Shown: positions 1-11,417, counted from the first letter of the stretch. The stretch: 64,000 nucleotides of DNA from an uncultured Gammaproteobacteria bacterium (GCA_964427735.1 CAYRUS010000001.1:98173-162172), one strand, 5' to 3'. Numbers and translations are program-made. The notes: generated from the letters alone by a model not told the origin.

Positions 1-247
1 ATCCTGCTTTTTTTATATGTTCTAATTTTTTTTGGTTTACGGCTTGTTGAGGAAGACCAAATTTAGTTCCTTTCCGAGTCTTTACCTCAACAAAAACCAA
101 TGTGTCTTTATCTATTGCAATTATGTCAATTTCTCCTAGTTTGGTTCTGTAGTTTCTTTCTAGGATTTTGTATCTCTTTTCTTCTCTTAGGAATTTACAA
201 GCAAGATCTTCACCGGAAAATCCTAGTTTTTTCTTATACAGCGCCAT
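1..247 (-). CDS. YraN/UPF0102 family predicted endonuclease (N-terminal 82 codons; gene runs off window start)
   Basis: Reverse-strand ATG at 245-247 opens an 82-codon frame with no stop to position 1: MALYKKKLGFSGEDLACKFL...GEIDIIAIDKDTLVFVEVKTRKG. The GEIDxI...VFVEVK motif matches UPF0102/YraN. It lies downstream of rplS, as in many bacteria. The ORF track missed it because it is truncated. Confidence 0.5.
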   Translation of the reverse strand, partial: MALYKKKLGFSGEDLACKFLREEKRYKILERNYRTKLGEIDIIAIDKDTLVFVEVKTRKGTKFGLPQQAVNQKKLEHIKKAG

Positions 248-292
248 AATTAATATATTTTATGCTATGAAAAATATTAATAAAAAGAGGAG

Positions 293-736
293 TTATTTAA
301 TTTTTTTAGTTGAAGTTTTTGATTTGGTTTTAACAGAAGCTTTTACCTTCTTTACTTTTGGTTTTGTTACTTTTTCTTTTGCTATTGTTTCAATACTTCT
401 CCTTGATGCTCGTGAATAAATCTTTTCTATTTCCCTCTTTGATTTATCTCTAGTGTAATAGAGTTTAGCGTGCCTTGTCCCTTTTACGCCTTTTCTAACA
501 ACTTCAAGGTTTTCTATGGTGGGAGTTAGAAATGGAAAAATTCGCTCTATGCCAACTTGAGCAGAGCCAATACGTCTAACTGTAAAAGTTTTACCGTCAC
601 CATGACCTTTGATACCAATAACCATTCCTTCAAAAGCCTGAAGACGTTCTTTGTTTCCTTCTACTATCCGCTGAATTACTCTTACAGTGTCTCCGACACC
701 GAACTCAATTCCTTTTAATGTTGCTGTTAATGCCAT
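293..736 (-). CDS. rplS: 50S ribosomal protein L19 with a lysine-rich C-terminal extension
   Basis: ATG confirmed at 734-736. The L19 core is GDTVRV...KGHGDGKTFTVRRI. The last ~30 aa are a K-rich tail (KPKVKKVKASVKTKSKTSTKKIK). Confidence 0.9.
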   Translation of the reverse strand: MALTATLKGIEFGVGDTVRVIQRIVEGNKERLQAFEGMVIGIKGHGDGKTFTVRRIGSAQVGIERIFPFLTPTIENLEVVRKGVKGTRHAKLYYTRDKSKREIEKIYSRASRRSIETIAKEKVTKPKVKKVKASVKTKSKTSTKKIK

Positions 737-793
737 ATTAATTTTCCTTTTACGAGATAATCAAGGTATTCTACTACAAAACACTACCTATCT

Positions 794-3700
794 TCAAGAA
801 TCATGCGTATTTTCAAATATTTCTGAAATTTGCAGTGCTAAATCCTTGTCCCAAGAAATTTTAAGTTTTAATTCCAGCTTTTCTTGGTTTTCCTCAAATA
901 CAAGTGTAACTTTATTATTTCCTGGATTAGTTATTAGTAAATTTTTTAAGGTATTAAGTTGTTCTTTAGTACTCCCTCTAGGGATATTTATAAATAGTTC
1001 TCTATCTTTTTGCTGAAGAGATTGTTTATTATCGACTTCATCTACTAGAAGAGATAAAGAATCATCACGATTATCAATTTTTCCTGTAACAACTATCCCA
1101 CTACTTTCTATCCAAAAACTTTTTGTTTCTGCATAAATACCGGGGAACACAACCAAGTCCAAACTACCGGTTGAATCCTCTATTTTTACAAATGCCATCT
1201 CTTTCCCTCCTCTCTTGGTGACAACAGATCTTACTTCCTGAACAATTCCTGCAATTTTTACAGTTTCTTTTACGGGTAGTTCGTTACATTCTCCAATCTT
1301 GTGTGTTGCAAGCATAGAAAGCTCACCTAGTCTTTCTTCCAGAGGCTTGGCTGACAAAGAAAAACCTAAAAGCTGCCTTTCAAGTATTTCTAATTCTTCT
1401 TCCTTAAATTCATCAGTATAAGTAAGCAATGTACCACTATTTTCTACTTTAGCTGTCTCTATTAACTCTTCGGCACCAAATAATCCTTGTTGACCTTTAG
1501 CTGCTTTTGGTTTGCTAACTTTATTCTTTACATTTTCGTAAGAAGAAATCAAAGTTGCTCTATTACCAAAAGCAGATAATGCTCCTACCTTAATCAAGCT
1601 CTCTACAACCCTCTTGTTTACTTTTCTCGAATCAACTCTCGCCATAAAATCGGCAAAATTTGCAAACTCTGATACATCTCTCTCGACAAGTATTGCTTCA
1701 ATTGCTGCTTCTCCAACATTTTTAATTGCAGATAAACCAAAACGAATAGCTTTATTTTCTAGTGAATCATTATCTTCTTCTATAGTAAACCCAATAGCAC
1801 TTTTGTTTATATCCGGAGGTAGAACTTTAATTCCCATTCTTCTGCATTCTGTGACAGCAGCAGATATTTTTTCAGTATCACTAGCTTCAGCAGTAAGAAG
1901 TGCAGTCATATATTCAACAGGATAATTTGCCTTCATATAGGCAGTTTGATAGGCAACCATTCCATAGCTAGCAGCATGAGCCTTATTAAAACCATAAGAC
2001 TGAAACGGCTCGAACAGCTCCCACAGATCTTCTGCAAACTTTTTTGTTTGACCATTATTTATTATTCCTTCAATGAACTTCTTTTTTTGAGCCGCCATCT
2101 CTTCAGGGATTTTTTTACCGACAGCTTTTCTAAATTTATCTGCTTCCTCCCAGGTGTACCCTGCCAAGTCAATAGCACAGAAAAGCAAATCATCCTGATA
2201 TACAATCAATCCATAACTCATGTCCAAGAACTTTTCCATACGAGGGTCAAGATATTCTATTTTTTCTGGATTTTTCTTTCTTTCAATATACTCTGGTATA
2301 ACTGCCATTGGACCAGGTCTATAAAGTGCTACCATTGCCATAAGATCTTCTATCCTTTCTGGTTTTAATTCCATAAGGTGCTTTGTCATCCCTCCACTGG
2401 ATAGCTGGAATACACCCATTGTTTCACCACGGGAGAGCATATCGAATGTTTTTTCATCATCAAGAGGTATTTCCCAAATATTTATTTTTTTATTAGTTCT
2501 TTTTTCGACGATATCAATGGCATCCGCAAGAATTGCTAAGTTTCTTATTCCTAAAATATCAAATTTAATCAAGCCAACGTCCTCTGCAGCATGCATTTCA
2601 TATTGGGTGATTTTCTTTTCTCCAGATGGCTCCTTTTGAACTGGAGTAAAATCTGTTAGATCAGTTGGTGAAACAACTATCGCTGCAGCATGTACTGATA
2701 TATGCCTAGCTGACCCTTCAATTCTTTGAGCCAAGTCTAAAATCTTTTTTGTATCTTGATCTGATTCGTAAAGAGCTTTTAACTCAGCTGACTCTTTTAA
2801 AGCCCTTGGAATATCTATAGGGAATCCTTGTCTTGGTGGAGGTATTAATTTAGCTAATTTGTCTCCAACTTCATAGGGATATCCCAATACTCTAGCAACA
2901 TCTCTCACAGCAGCTCTGGACAGCATCCTTCCAAATGTACATATTTGAGCTACTTTTTCTTCTCCATACCGTTCTACCATATATTTTATAACTTCTTCTC
3001 TCTTGTTATCGGGAACATCGAAGTCAATATCTGGAGGAGAAGGTCTGTATGGATTTAAAAATCTCTCAAAGGGCAAATAATACTTGATGGGATCCACTGT
3101 TGTAACTCCAAGAACATATGAAACCAACGAACCTGCAGCTGAACCTCTTGTATTTGTGATAATGCCCTCTTTGTTGGCCCATTCAACCATGTCTCGTACG
3201 ATAAGAAAGTATGCTGCATATCCTTTTTGACATATAATATCCAGCTCGTATTCTAATCTTTCCTTTATTTCATTTGTTACTTCTTCATACTTTTCTTTAA
3301 GTCTCCTTCGTGCTTCTTCCTTTAAATAATCTTCAGCTTTTTTCCCTTCTGGAACTTTAAATTTAGGGAAAAACCATTTTCCCAGTGTGCTAATTTCTAA
3401 GTCAATCTTATCTGCTAACTTAACGGTATTTTCCAATGATTCGGGTAAATCAGGGAATAATTCTGCCATTTCTTCGGGAGATTTTATGTAATAAGAAGGA
3501 GTATCTACAAATCTAATACGCTTTGTGTCTGATACTTGTTTACCTGTTGCCACACATACCAATACATCTTGTGCTTCAGCATCCTCTTTGTTTACATAAT
3601 GGGCATCATTTGTTGAAACTATCGGAATACCTAATTCTCTCGAGAGCTTTACAACCCCCTCTGTAATTATTTTCTCGTTTTTAGCCATATTCCTTTGATC

Positions 3701-4282
3701 CTCTTGAATTTCCACTGCTGAGTTAGGATCAATGTATTTGTCGTATTCATGGTTTTGTATTTCGAGATAATAATCATCGCCAAATATATCCAAAAACCAC
3801 TGAGCTACTTTTCTTGCAGATTCCATATCATTATTCATTATATGCTGAGCTAATTCACCCGCAGGACAAGCAGATGTCACAATTAAGCCTTCTGAATAAT
3901 TTTTAAGAAGTGATCTTTGAATTCTGGGTCGGTAATAATAGCCCTCTAAATGAGCAATCGATGATATTTTCATTAAGTTCTTGTACCCAATCTCGTTTTT
4001 AGCTAACAGCAAAAGGTGATTATTCGAACTTTTACCCCTCTGAGGTTTTTTTCTATGATCATCAATTGTTGTGTAAGCTTCCATACCCACAATTGGCTTG
4101 ATCCCTTCGTTTTTTGCAGCTTTATAAAACTCTATAGCTCCATACATTACGCCGTGATCAGTTAAAGCAACACTATCCATTCCTTGTTCTTTAACTGTTT
4201 GTATTAGCTTTTTTATATTTGACAATCCATCTAAGAGAGAATATTCAGTATGAACATGAAGATGTACAAACTTACTCGACAT
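794..4282 (-). CDS. dnaE: DNA polymerase III alpha subunit (PHP domain + pol core)
   Basis: The 1162-aa ORF starts with an ATG at 4280-4282. The N-terminal PHP motif is HLHVHTEYSLLDG. The frame is intact along its full length. Confidence 0.95.
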   Translation of the reverse strand: MSSKFVHLHVHTEYSLLDGLSNIKKLIQTVKEQGMDSVALTDHGVMYGAIEFYKAAKNEGIKPIVGMEAYTTIDDHRKKPQRGKSSNNHLLLLAKNEIGYKNLMKISSIAHLEGYYYRPRIQRSLLKNYSEGLIVTSACPAGELAQHIMNNDMESARKVAQWFLDIFGDDYYLEIQNHEYDKYIDPNSAVEIQEDQRNMAKNEKIITEGVVKLSRELGIPIVSTNDAHYVNKEDAEAQDVLVCVATGKQVSDTKRIRFVDTPSYYIKSPEEMAELFPDLPESLENTVKLADKIDLEISTLGKWFFPKFKVPEGKKAEDYLKEEARRRLKEKYEEVTNEIKERLEYELDIICQKGYAAYFLIVRDMVEWANKEGIITNTRGSAAGSLVSYVLGVTTVDPIKYYLPFERFLNPYRPSPPDIDFDVPDNKREEVIKYMVERYGEEKVAQICTFGRMLSRAAVRDVARVLGYPYEVGDKLAKLIPPPRQGFPIDIPRALKESAELKALYESDQDTKKILDLAQRIEGSARHISVHAAAIVVSPTDLTDFTPVQKEPSGEKKITQYEMHAAEDVGLIKFDILGIRNLAILADAIDIVEKRTNKKINIWEIPLDDEKTFDMLSRGETMGVFQLSSGGMTKHLMELKPERIEDLMAMVALYRPGPMAVIPEYIERKKNPEKIEYLDPRMEKFLDMSYGLIVYQDDLLFCAIDLAGYTWEEADKFRKAVGKKIPEEMAAQKKKFIEGIINNGQTKKFAEDLWELFEPFQSYGFNKAHAASYGMVAYQTAYMKANYPVEYMTALLTAEASDTEKISAAVTECRRMGIKVLPPDINKSAIGFTIEEDNDSLENKAIRFGLSAIKNVGEAAIEAILVERDVSEFANFADFMARVDSRKVNKRVVESLIKVGALSAFGNRATLISSYENVKNKVSKPKAAKGQQGLFGAEELIETAKVENSGTLLTYTDEFKEEELEILERQLLGFSLSAKPLEERLGELSMLATHKIGECNELPVKETVKIAGIVQEVRSVVTKRGGKEMAFVKIEDSTGSLDLVVFPGIYAETKSFWIESSGIVVTGKIDNRDDSLSLLVDEVDNKQSLQQKDRELFINIPRGSTKEQLNTLKNLLITNPGNNKVTLVFEENQEKLELKLKISWDKDLALQISEIFENTHDS

Positions 4283-4351
4283 AATGGTATCTTACCACTA
4301 ATCTAGGTTCATTTCTTTACCATTTTCAGAAGTTTTGGTCCCTATTATTAA

Positions 4352-5707
4352 TTAATTTCTTAGCTTTTTCAGCAATTTCTCCCTAATCATGGAGACTTCT
4401 CCTTTTCCTTTTAATTTCTTTTGGGCCATTCCGATCAAGTATCCAACAACCTGTTCCTTGCCATCTCTAAAATCTGCTACCGCTTTTTCTTCATCATTTA
4501 TAACTTCATCTACTGCTTTTTCTACTTCTCCACCAGAAGCATAATCTTTTTTAGAAATTTCTACTAACTTTTTGATTAATCCTCCAGGCTCTTTATATCT
4601 TTCATGCAACTTCTGATTGACCATAACATCGGCAATAAGCTTTGGACTAATGTTATGATCTATTGCAATTTTTACAGCTTTCTCGAAATAATCAGCCACA
4701 GCAATGTCTGTAATTAAAAAACTAGCAAAATGATCACTCAATGAATATTCTTGTTCAAATCTTTTGTATTTTTGGCTAGGTAATTCGGGCAAATTGTTCT
4801 TTAATTTCACAATTAGCTCAGGCTCTAACTCAATAGGAGGCAAATCAGGATCAGGGAAATATCGATAATCTTGAGCCTCTTCTTTAACTCGCTGTGAAAA
4901 AGTCCTGTCTTTATTTTCATCATAACCCCTTGTCTCTTGGACCAATTCTTCTCCGTTTTCTATTGCCTGTCTTTGCCTACCTATTTCTGCTTCAAGTGCT
5001 TTTTGCAAAAATTTAAAAGAATTTATATTCTTTAGTTCAACTTTGTAATTTGGCAACTCCCTTTCTCCATTCTCTGTTTTATGACTATCTACATCCATCA
5101 TTGATATATTAGCTTCTAACCTCATTGAACCTTTTTCCATATCTGCGTCAGAAATACCTATATATCGCACTATTTGCTGAACTTCGCGCAAAAACTCTAC
5201 AACTTCTAATGGATCATCAAAGTCAGGCTCAGTTACCATTTCTACTAGTGGCACACCGCTTCTATTAAAATCAATTAAAGAAACTTTTTTCGAATCCAAC
5301 TCCGAATGTACTAATTTACCGGTATCTTCCTCTAAATGGATTCTCCTTATATTAATTTTTCTTGTTTTTCCTTCAAATTTCACCTCATGACTACCTTCAT
5401 AGCATAAAGGCTGATCATACTGACTGATCTGATATCCTTTAGGTAAATCAGGATAAAAATAATGTTTACGATCAAATTTGCTAGAGAGGTTGATATTGCA
5501 ATCAAAAGCCAAACCAAGCATGACTGTATCTTCAATAGCCTTTTTGTTCGCATAAGGCAAAGCACCGGGTAATCCTAAACAAACAGGACAAGTGTTAGTG
5601 TTTGGCTTTTCTGCAAAATGAGCAGCACTACAGCGGCAAAACATTTTGGAATTTGTTGATAACTCAATATGTACTTCTAAACCTATAACCGGTATTAAAT
5701 TTGTCAT
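4352..5707 (-). CDS. gatB: Asp/Glu-tRNA amidotransferase subunit B
   Basis: The protein is 451 aa and begins [22 protein letters not shown], the canonical GatB N-terminus. The ATG is at 5705-5707. Confidence 0.93.
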   Translation of the reverse strand: MTNLIPVIGLEVHIELSTNSKMFCRCSAAHFAEKPNTNTCPVCLGLPGALPYANKKAIEDTVMLGLAFDCNINLSSKFDRKHYFYPDLPKGYQISQYDQPLCYEGSHEVKFEGKTRKINIRRIHLEEDTGKLVHSELDSKKVSLIDFNRSGVPLVEMVTEPDFDDPLEVVEFLREVQQIVRYIGISDADMEKGSMRLEANISMMDVDSHKTENGERELPNYKVELKNINSFKFLQKALEAEIGRQRQAIENGEELVQETRGYDENKDRTFSQRVKEEAQDYRYFPDPDLPPIELEPELIVKLKNNLPELPSQKYKRFEQEYSLSDHFASFLITDIAVADYFEKAVKIAIDHNISPKLIADVMVNQKLHERYKEPGGLIKKLVEISKKDYASGGEVEKAVDEVINDEEKAVADFRDGKEQVVGYLIGMAQKKLKGKGEVSMIREKLLKKLRN

Positions 5708-5708
5708 G

Positions 5709-6974
5709 TTAAATTTTTGCCTCCCTTATATCCATCTCGAATATTTTAGCACCGTTTTTCCTAAAAAGATAAATCGCTAATAAAATGAACAAATCTAATA
5801 ATACAAGAACCATCTTAACACCAAACAACTGTGAAATCGCACCAGAAAATATTATCGGAATCATTGTAGATGCTGTAACTAAAAACCAGAAACTTCCGAA
5901 TATCCTACCCCTTAACCGATCTGGTGTAAACTCCTGAATATAAACTTGTGTAGGTATAAAAACACCTACAAAGAAGGCTCCTATAAAAATAGTCGCAGTA
6001 AATGCAAATATCAAGCTCAAGGTGTGACTTACATTCGGTACCACAACGCCGATTAGTAACAATAACCCTGCTAGCCCATATAATGAGTTTTTTACAATGA
6101 TTGATTTTTCGGTTCCCTTTTTAAGCATTTTAGGCACTAGAATAGAACTCAATGCAGCTCCTATTCCTGTGGGAAGAATTAAATAAAGTCCTGTGTGATC
6201 AACATTCACTTTTAATATTTCACTAGCTATTGCCGGCACGCTCACTATGAGAATATTTAAGCCTACCCATAAACCCAAAAGTAAAGAAAATGGAAATAAA
6301 ACATTTGTGTTGTTTTTAAGAAATTTATATCCTTCTATAGTTCTTTTCATAAAACTTTTTAATCTGTTTTCATAATCGTCTCTCTCTTCAGAAAGAGGTA
6401 CAAGTGGTGGCAGAAAGCTTACAGATAAAAATGCAAGAAACATAAATATTGAGCAAAGCAGCAAAGAGTTATCAAAACCAAAATAATGATTCATAAATCC
6501 GGCTAAAGTAATTCCAAAAATTATTGCACCTTGTTGAGTGATCAAAAATAATGAATTTGCTTCAGCTAGATCAGCTTTTTTTACAAGTAGTGGGAGAGAC
6601 GCAGCTTCTGAAGGTACATAAAATTGGTTTAGCAAAGAATATGTAAAAACAACTGCATAAGTCAAAAACAAGCTATTAGTATAAGAAATCATAAATAATA
6701 TAATTACAACAGCCTGAAGGATGTTCGAAAACATAAGTACTCTTCTTCTATCAGTCATATCTACGGCTGTAGAAGCAAAAGGCCCAACTAAAAGTGCAGG
6801 AAGTGAATAAAAAATCCACAGTAATGAATTAGAAAAACTAGAACCTGTTAATTTGTACAATCTAATCAAAAGCAAAAAATTTATAATATTTATAGTAACT
6901 TGTGACAACAACTGAGAAAGCCATAGCTTAGTGAAGTCAAAATTGAATAAAAGTCTTTTATAGTCTGAAATCAT
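5709..6974 (-). CDS. MFS-type membrane transporter inserted inside the gatCAB operon
   Basis: The protein is 421 aa and hydrophobic throughout, with about 12 predicted TM segments. The MTDRRRV-like loop resembles MFS motif A. The ATG is at 6972-6974, and the stop abuts the gatB start. Confidence 0.55.
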   Translation of the reverse strand: MISDYKRLLFNFDFTKLWLSQLLSQVTINIINFLLLIRLYKLTGSSFSNSLLWIFYSLPALLVGPFASTAVDMTDRRRVLMFSNILQAVVIILFMISYTNSLFLTYAVVFTYSLLNQFYVPSEAASLPLLVKKADLAEANSLFLITQQGAIIFGITLAGFMNHYFGFDNSLLLCSIFMFLAFLSVSFLPPLVPLSEERDDYENRLKSFMKRTIEGYKFLKNNTNVLFPFSLLLGLWVGLNILIVSVPAIASEILKVNVDHTGLYLILPTGIGAALSSILVPKMLKKGTEKSIIVKNSLYGLAGLLLLIGVVVPNVSHTLSLIFAFTATIFIGAFFVGVFIPTQVYIQEFTPDRLRGRIFGSFWFLVTASTMIPIIFSGAISQLFGVKMVLVLLDLFILLAIYLFRKNGAKIFEMDIREAKI

Positions 6975-6987
6975 GTTTAGGAAGATT

Positions 6988-8406
6988 TTAGTCGCTTTGT
7001 CCTAGATTAGGTGTTTTTAAATGCCAATCTGTTTTTTCTTGGTACAATTTCCCTAATTTAAACAAAGTACCTTCATAAAATCTTGGTCCCATTAACTGGA
7101 ACCCAACTGGAAGCCCTTCATTTGTAAATCCAGCAGGAATAGATATTGCAGGTATTCCAGCTAAATTAGCAGAAACTGTCAAAACATCGGCTAGATACAT
7201 TTGCAAGGGATCATCGCTTTTTTCACCTACTTTAAATGGAGGTGTAGGTGAAACAGGAGCAATCAGAGCATCAACTTCTTCAAATGCTTTATCAAAGTCT
7301 TTAATTACCTTTGATCTAACCTTCATAGCTTTCAAATAATAAGCGTCATAGTAGCCTGCAGAAAGCACATAAGTTCCTAGCATTATTCTTCTTTTTGCCT
7401 CTTCTCCAAAAGTGATTCTATCATTTCCGTACCTTACTCCATCAAACCGTGCGAGGTTCGACGAAACTTCTGCAGGCTGAACAATATAATAAACATTAAT
7501 AGCGTGCTTTGTATTTGGCAAAGAAACTTCCACAAATTCAATTCCAGCTTTTTTATACACTTTAACTGCATCCAATACCTTTTCTTCTATCTCTTTATCA
7601 AGCCCCTCCGCAAAATATTCTTTAGGTATACCAATTTTTAATTTTTCATTTTTTGATGATTTTGTCTGTGTATCAACAACTGTAGAATCTTTACGATCTA
7701 AGCCCTTTGTTAGCTCGAAGATTGTCTGAGCATCTACAACGCTCCTAGCAAATGAACCCATACAATCAAGAGAACTTGCCATTGCTACAACACCATACCT
7801 AGATACTGCCCCGTATGTTGGTTTTAATCCGACTGTGTTTGTGAAGCTTGCAGGAAGTCTGATAGAACCACCAGTATCTGATCCCATTGCAAAAAGAGAG
7901 AAACGAGAAGAAACAGATACTGCAGAACCACTGGAGGATCCGCCGGGAACGTATTCATAATTCCATGGATTTTTAGTTGGACCAAAATCTGAATTTTCTC
8001 CACTAGCACCGTGTGCCCAAGCATCCAAATTGGTTTTACCAATCGTAATAGCACCAGCTTTTTTAAGTTTCTTTACTACAGTAGCACTGTAAGATGGAAT
8101 ATAAGTTTCTAATACTTTAGAGCCTGCAGTTGTCCTAGTACCTTTTGTTAAATAAATATCTTTATAAGCAACAACGCTACCTAATAAAGGCTGCTCTTCA
8201 AAAGCTTTTTTCCCTAAAACATTTATACGATCCTGACTGATTTTTGCTTGCTTATACGCCTTTTCTTCTGTAACAGTTATAAAAGAATTCAGATTTTTAT
8301 CAAACCTTTTTATTCTTGCCAAATATTCATCCACTAAATCAACAACTGTGTATTCTTTGTTTAGTAAGCCCTTTTTGTTCTCTTCGATGGTAAGAGGTAG
8401 TTTCAT
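6988..8406 (-). CDS. gatA: Glu-tRNA(Gln) amidotransferase subunit A (amidase signature family)
   Basis: The protein is 472 aa and carries the amidase signature GGSSSGSAVSV...GSDTGGSIR. The ATG is at 8404-8406 and overlaps the gatC stop as ATGA. Confidence 0.9.
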   Translation of the reverse strand: MKLPLTIEENKKGLLNKEYTVVDLVDEYLARIKRFDKNLNSFITVTEEKAYKQAKISQDRINVLGKKAFEEQPLLGSVVAYKDIYLTKGTRTTAGSKVLETYIPSYSATVVKKLKKAGAITIGKTNLDAWAHGASGENSDFGPTKNPWNYEYVPGGSSSGSAVSVSSRFSLFAMGSDTGGSIRLPASFTNTVGLKPTYGAVSRYGVVAMASSLDCMGSFARSVVDAQTIFELTKGLDRKDSTVVDTQTKSSKNEKLKIGIPKEYFAEGLDKEIEEKVLDAVKVYKKAGIEFVEVSLPNTKHAINVYYIVQPAEVSSNLARFDGVRYGNDRITFGEEAKRRIMLGTYVLSAGYYDAYYLKAMKVRSKVIKDFDKAFEEVDALIAPVSPTPPFKVGEKSDDPLQMYLADVLTVSANLAGIPAISIPAGFTNEGLPVGFQLMGPRFYEGTLFKLGKLYQEKTDWHLKTPNLGQSD

Positions 8407-8711
8407 ATGTTGTCCTTTTCCAATAAAGCAGGAACTACAAAGTAACCATTATAAGTTTTGTCTGTGCCGGAAAGTGCTTTCTCCTGTGAGAGTGTTTCTT
8501 CTGGAACAATCTCATCTTCGCGAGTGATATTAATCAGTCCTGTTGTTTGTGCAGTTGGTTCGCTATTTTTTGTATCAGATTGTTCAAGTTGTTCAACATG
8601 GTCAATTATTTGAGTTAATTGTTCCTGGTGCTTTGTTATTTCTTCTTCACTAAGTGGAAGTTTCGCAAGCCTTGCTACATGACCTACATCTTTTTTTGTT
8701 AGCTTTGCCAT
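8403..8711 (-). CDS. gatC: Asp/Glu-tRNA amidotransferase subunit C
   Basis: MAKLTKKDVGHVARLAKLPLSEEEI... is a typical GatC. The track ORF is extended upstream from 8711 by a non-ATG start. The start was moved to the MAKL ATG at 8711. Confidence 0.8.
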   Translation of the reverse strand: MAKLTKKDVGHVARLAKLPLSEEEITKHQEQLTQIIDHVEQLEQSDTKNSEPTAQTTGLINITREDEIVPEETLSQEKALSGTDKTYNGYFVVPALLEKDNI

Positions 8712-9083
8712 AAAGTATATGATACTACCAGAAAGTCCAACGGACAAGAAAGAAGTCAGTGTTATTTAACGATACGATTTTTCTTTAATACTTTTGTATA
8801 TTTGGAATAGCAGAATGCTTTTAGGACTAAAAAATATAAGAAAACCTATCAAAAGAGTAGTTGACAATGAACTTAAAGACCTGATTAAACGAAAAACTCG
8901 ATTCACAATAACTAGTTAAATCCTGATTCAGACCTGTTATTGGAATTCTTTTAATTGCTTCATTTACCTCTTGCCTGTTACTTAAAAATTCCTGAAATTC
9001 ACTTTCTGATTTAGCTCTTGATATGTTAAAAGGAGATTATTCAGACGGTTTAAAACTTTCTCCAAAATCTGCCATGACAATTT

Positions 9084-11261
9084 TTAACTCACCAACTTTG
9101 TTGCAATCTTTAGTCCATCTTTTCCTGTTTTTACTTCAACTGCATCACCATCTGTAAGCTTTCCTTCTATTATTAAAAATGATACTTCATCCAAGATTTC
9201 ATCATTTATAAGCCTTTTTAACGGTCTTGCTCCAAATATAGGATCATATCCTTTTTGAGCTAAGTACTTTTTGGCTTTCTCGCTAACTGTCAAGCTAATT
9301 CCTTGTTCGGCAAGTCTTTCTCTTAAGTCATCAATTTGAATTTCTACAATCTTGTTTAACACACCAGGTGTTAAAGGTTTGTAAACTACTACGGCATCCA
9401 AACGATTTAAAAACTCTGGCTTAAAGGTTATATTTAATAATTTTTCTATTTCTTCGTTCAATTCTTTCTCTTGACCAATTTTTTCTCTTATAATGTCACT
9501 ACCGAGATTAGAGGTCATAATGATAATTGTGTTTTTAAAATCAACCAATCTCCCTTTACCGTCAGTTAAGCGACCATCATCAAAAACTTGAAGCAGTAGA
9601 TTGAATATGTTCGGATGAGCTTTTTCTATTTCGTCTAATAAAACAACAGAATATGGTCTTCTTCTGATAGCTTCTGTTAATTGCCCTCCTTCTTCATAGC
9701 CAACATATCCCGGAGGTGATCCAATCAGCCGTGCAACTGAGTGCTCTTCCTGGAATTCACTCATGTCAATTCTAACCATTGCATCATCACTTCCCATCAT
9801 GAATTCAGCCAAAGCTTTAGCTGTCTCTGTCTTACCAACTCCTGTTGGACCTAAAAATAAAAATGTTCCAATCGGACCCGTTAAAGAAGTAACTCCTGCA
9901 CGGTTTCTTCTAATTGCTTTGGCTACTGCTTCTAATCCTTCATCTTGACCGACCACGCGCTTTTCAAGTTCTTTTTCTAAATTAACTAACTTATCAGCTT
10001 CTGTTGATAATAGTTTACTTACAGGTACACCTGTCCAACGAGAAACAACTTGAGCTATATCTTCCTCTGAAACTTCTTCTCTTAAGAGTTTCTCATCATC
10101 TGGAATTTGCTTCCACTCTTTCTCATAGCTTTTTAGTTTTTCCTCTACTTCTGGAAGTTTCCCATATTTTATTTTTGCAGCCTTTTCCAATTCTACTTCT
10201 CTTTCGTACTTTTCAAGCTCAATTTTTAGTTTATCTATTTCTTTTCTTGCATCCTGTATTTTTTTGATAATCTCTTTTTGTTTTTCCCATTTTTTCTCCA
10301 ACTCTTTAGTTTCTGCTTTTAAATCATTTAGTTTGTCTTTTATTTCTTCTTTTTTAGATTCAATTCCTCTACCTTTTTCTCTTTTTAATCCAGCTAGTTC
10401 AATCTCCAATTGTGTAATTTTTCTCTTTTTTAAATCAAGTTCTGTAGGCATACTTTCAGTCTCAATTCTTAATGCTGAAGTGGCTTCATCAATCAAGTCG
10501 ATTGCCTTGTCTGGAAGAAATCTATCTGAAATGTAACGATCTGATAGCTTAGCAGCTGCGATTACTGCATCATCTGTTATTTGAATACCATGATGAACTT
10601 CATATTTCTCTTTAATTCCACGAAGTATGGCTACAGTGTCTCCCACAGACGGTTCAGTCAAATAAACTGGCTGAAATCGCCTTTCTAATGCAGCATCTCT
10701 TTCAATATATTTCCTATACTCATCAACCGTTGTTGCACCGATCACTCTGAGAGTTCCTTTTGCCAAAGGAGGTTTAAGCATGTTGGATGCATCAACAGCT
10801 CCCTCTGCGCCACCTGCTCCAACTATTGTATGAAGCTCATCTATAAACAAAATATATTTTCCAGCACCTTCCTCTACCTCTTTGATAATATTTTTTAGTC
10901 GTTCCTCAAATTCACCTCTATATTTAGCACCTGCAAGTATTGTTGCAATATCCAAAACAAGTAGATCTTTATCCTTCAAAGAATCAGGGACATCTCCAGA
11001 GGTGATTCTTTGAGCAAGTCCCTCTACGACAGCAGTCTTACCTACACCAGGATCTCCAATTAATATCGGGTTGTTTTTAGTTCTTCTAGAGAGAATTTGC
11101 ATTATACGTCTTATTTCTGTGTCTCTTCCAATAACCGGGTCTATTTTTCCTTCTTTTGCAAGATCAGTAAGGTTAGTTGTGTATTTGGGAAGAAATGGTC
11201 CTTCCTCTTTTGGAGTGTCGATAATTATTCGTGGCTGATTTGCATCATTATTACCATTCAT
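9084..11261 (-). CDS. clpB: ClpB-like AAA+ disaggregase lacking the N-terminal domain
   Basis: The protein is 725 aa. It has two Walker A sites (GDPGVGKTA and GPTGVGKTE) and a long coiled-coil middle domain ([21 protein letters not shown]...). It begins directly at the [10 protein letters not shown] region, so the ~150-aa ClpB N-domain is absent. Confidence 0.85.
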   Translation of the reverse strand: MNGNNDANQPRIIIDTPKEEGPFLPKYTTNLTDLAKEGKIDPVIGRDTEIRRIMQILSRRTKNNPILIGDPGVGKTAVVEGLAQRITSGDVPDSLKDKDLLVLDIATILAGAKYRGEFEERLKNIIKEVEEGAGKYILFIDELHTIVGAGGAEGAVDASNMLKPPLAKGTLRVIGATTVDEYRKYIERDAALERRFQPVYLTEPSVGDTVAILRGIKEKYEVHHGIQITDDAVIAAAKLSDRYISDRFLPDKAIDLIDEATSALRIETESMPTELDLKKRKITQLEIELAGLKREKGRGIESKKEEIKDKLNDLKAETKELEKKWEKQKEIIKKIQDARKEIDKLKIELEKYEREVELEKAAKIKYGKLPEVEEKLKSYEKEWKQIPDDEKLLREEVSEEDIAQVVSRWTGVPVSKLLSTEADKLVNLEKELEKRVVGQDEGLEAVAKAIRRNRAGVTSLTGPIGTFLFLGPTGVGKTETAKALAEFMMGSDDAMVRIDMSEFQEEHSVARLIGSPPGYVGYEEGGQLTEAIRRRPYSVVLLDEIEKAHPNIFNLLLQVFDDGRLTDGKGRLVDFKNTIIIMTSNLGSDIIREKIGQEKELNEEIEKLLNITFKPEFLNRLDAVVVYKPLTPGVLNKIVEIQIDDLRERLAEQGISLTVSEKAKKYLAQKGYDPIFGARPLKRLINDEILDEVSFLIIEGKLTDGDAVEVKTGKDGLKIATKLVS

Positions 11262-11281
11262 ATAATGCTATTGTACACACA

Positions 11282-11308
11282 TTAGCACTCATGAGTCAAG
11301 AGTGCCAA
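11282..11308 (-). promoter_or_regulatory. CIRCE element (HrcA operator) upstream of clpB
   Basis: The sequence is TTAGCACTC-atgagtcaa-GAGTGCCAA. It differs by one mismatch from the consensus TTAGCACTC-N9-GAGTGCTAA. It lies 21 nt upstream of the clpB ATG. Confidence 0.6.
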
Positions 11309-11417
11309 TGGGGAATCAATTTGTAGTTTTATGTTTCTTTAGCTTTCCTTGAGATTTAAAATATAAATATTCAAGTTCCATACTTTTTCCAATTAAAAGT
11401 ACGCCATCGAAGCAGAC

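Noticed and set aside
168-419. Plus-strand 83-aa ORF
   Set aside because: It lies antisense to yraN and rplS, and the product is low-complexity and hydrophobic. It is a spurious shadow ORF.
687-2368. Plus-strand ORFs of 109, 103 and 140 aa inside dnaE
   Set aside because: They are antisense to an intact, well-supported 1162-aa dnaE. They have no Shine-Dalgarno and their composition is unlike real proteins.
8816-8920. 34-codon plus-strand ORF in the gatC-clpB spacer
   Set aside because: It has no Shine-Dalgarno or conservation evidence. It probably belongs to the promoter/terminator region between clpB and gatC.
9763-11285. Plus-strand ORFs inside clpB (9763-9948, 10004-10267, 10264-10536, 11097-11285)
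   Set aside because: They are antisense to clpB. They read through a K/E-rich coiled-coil region, giving low-complexity L/F-rich products.
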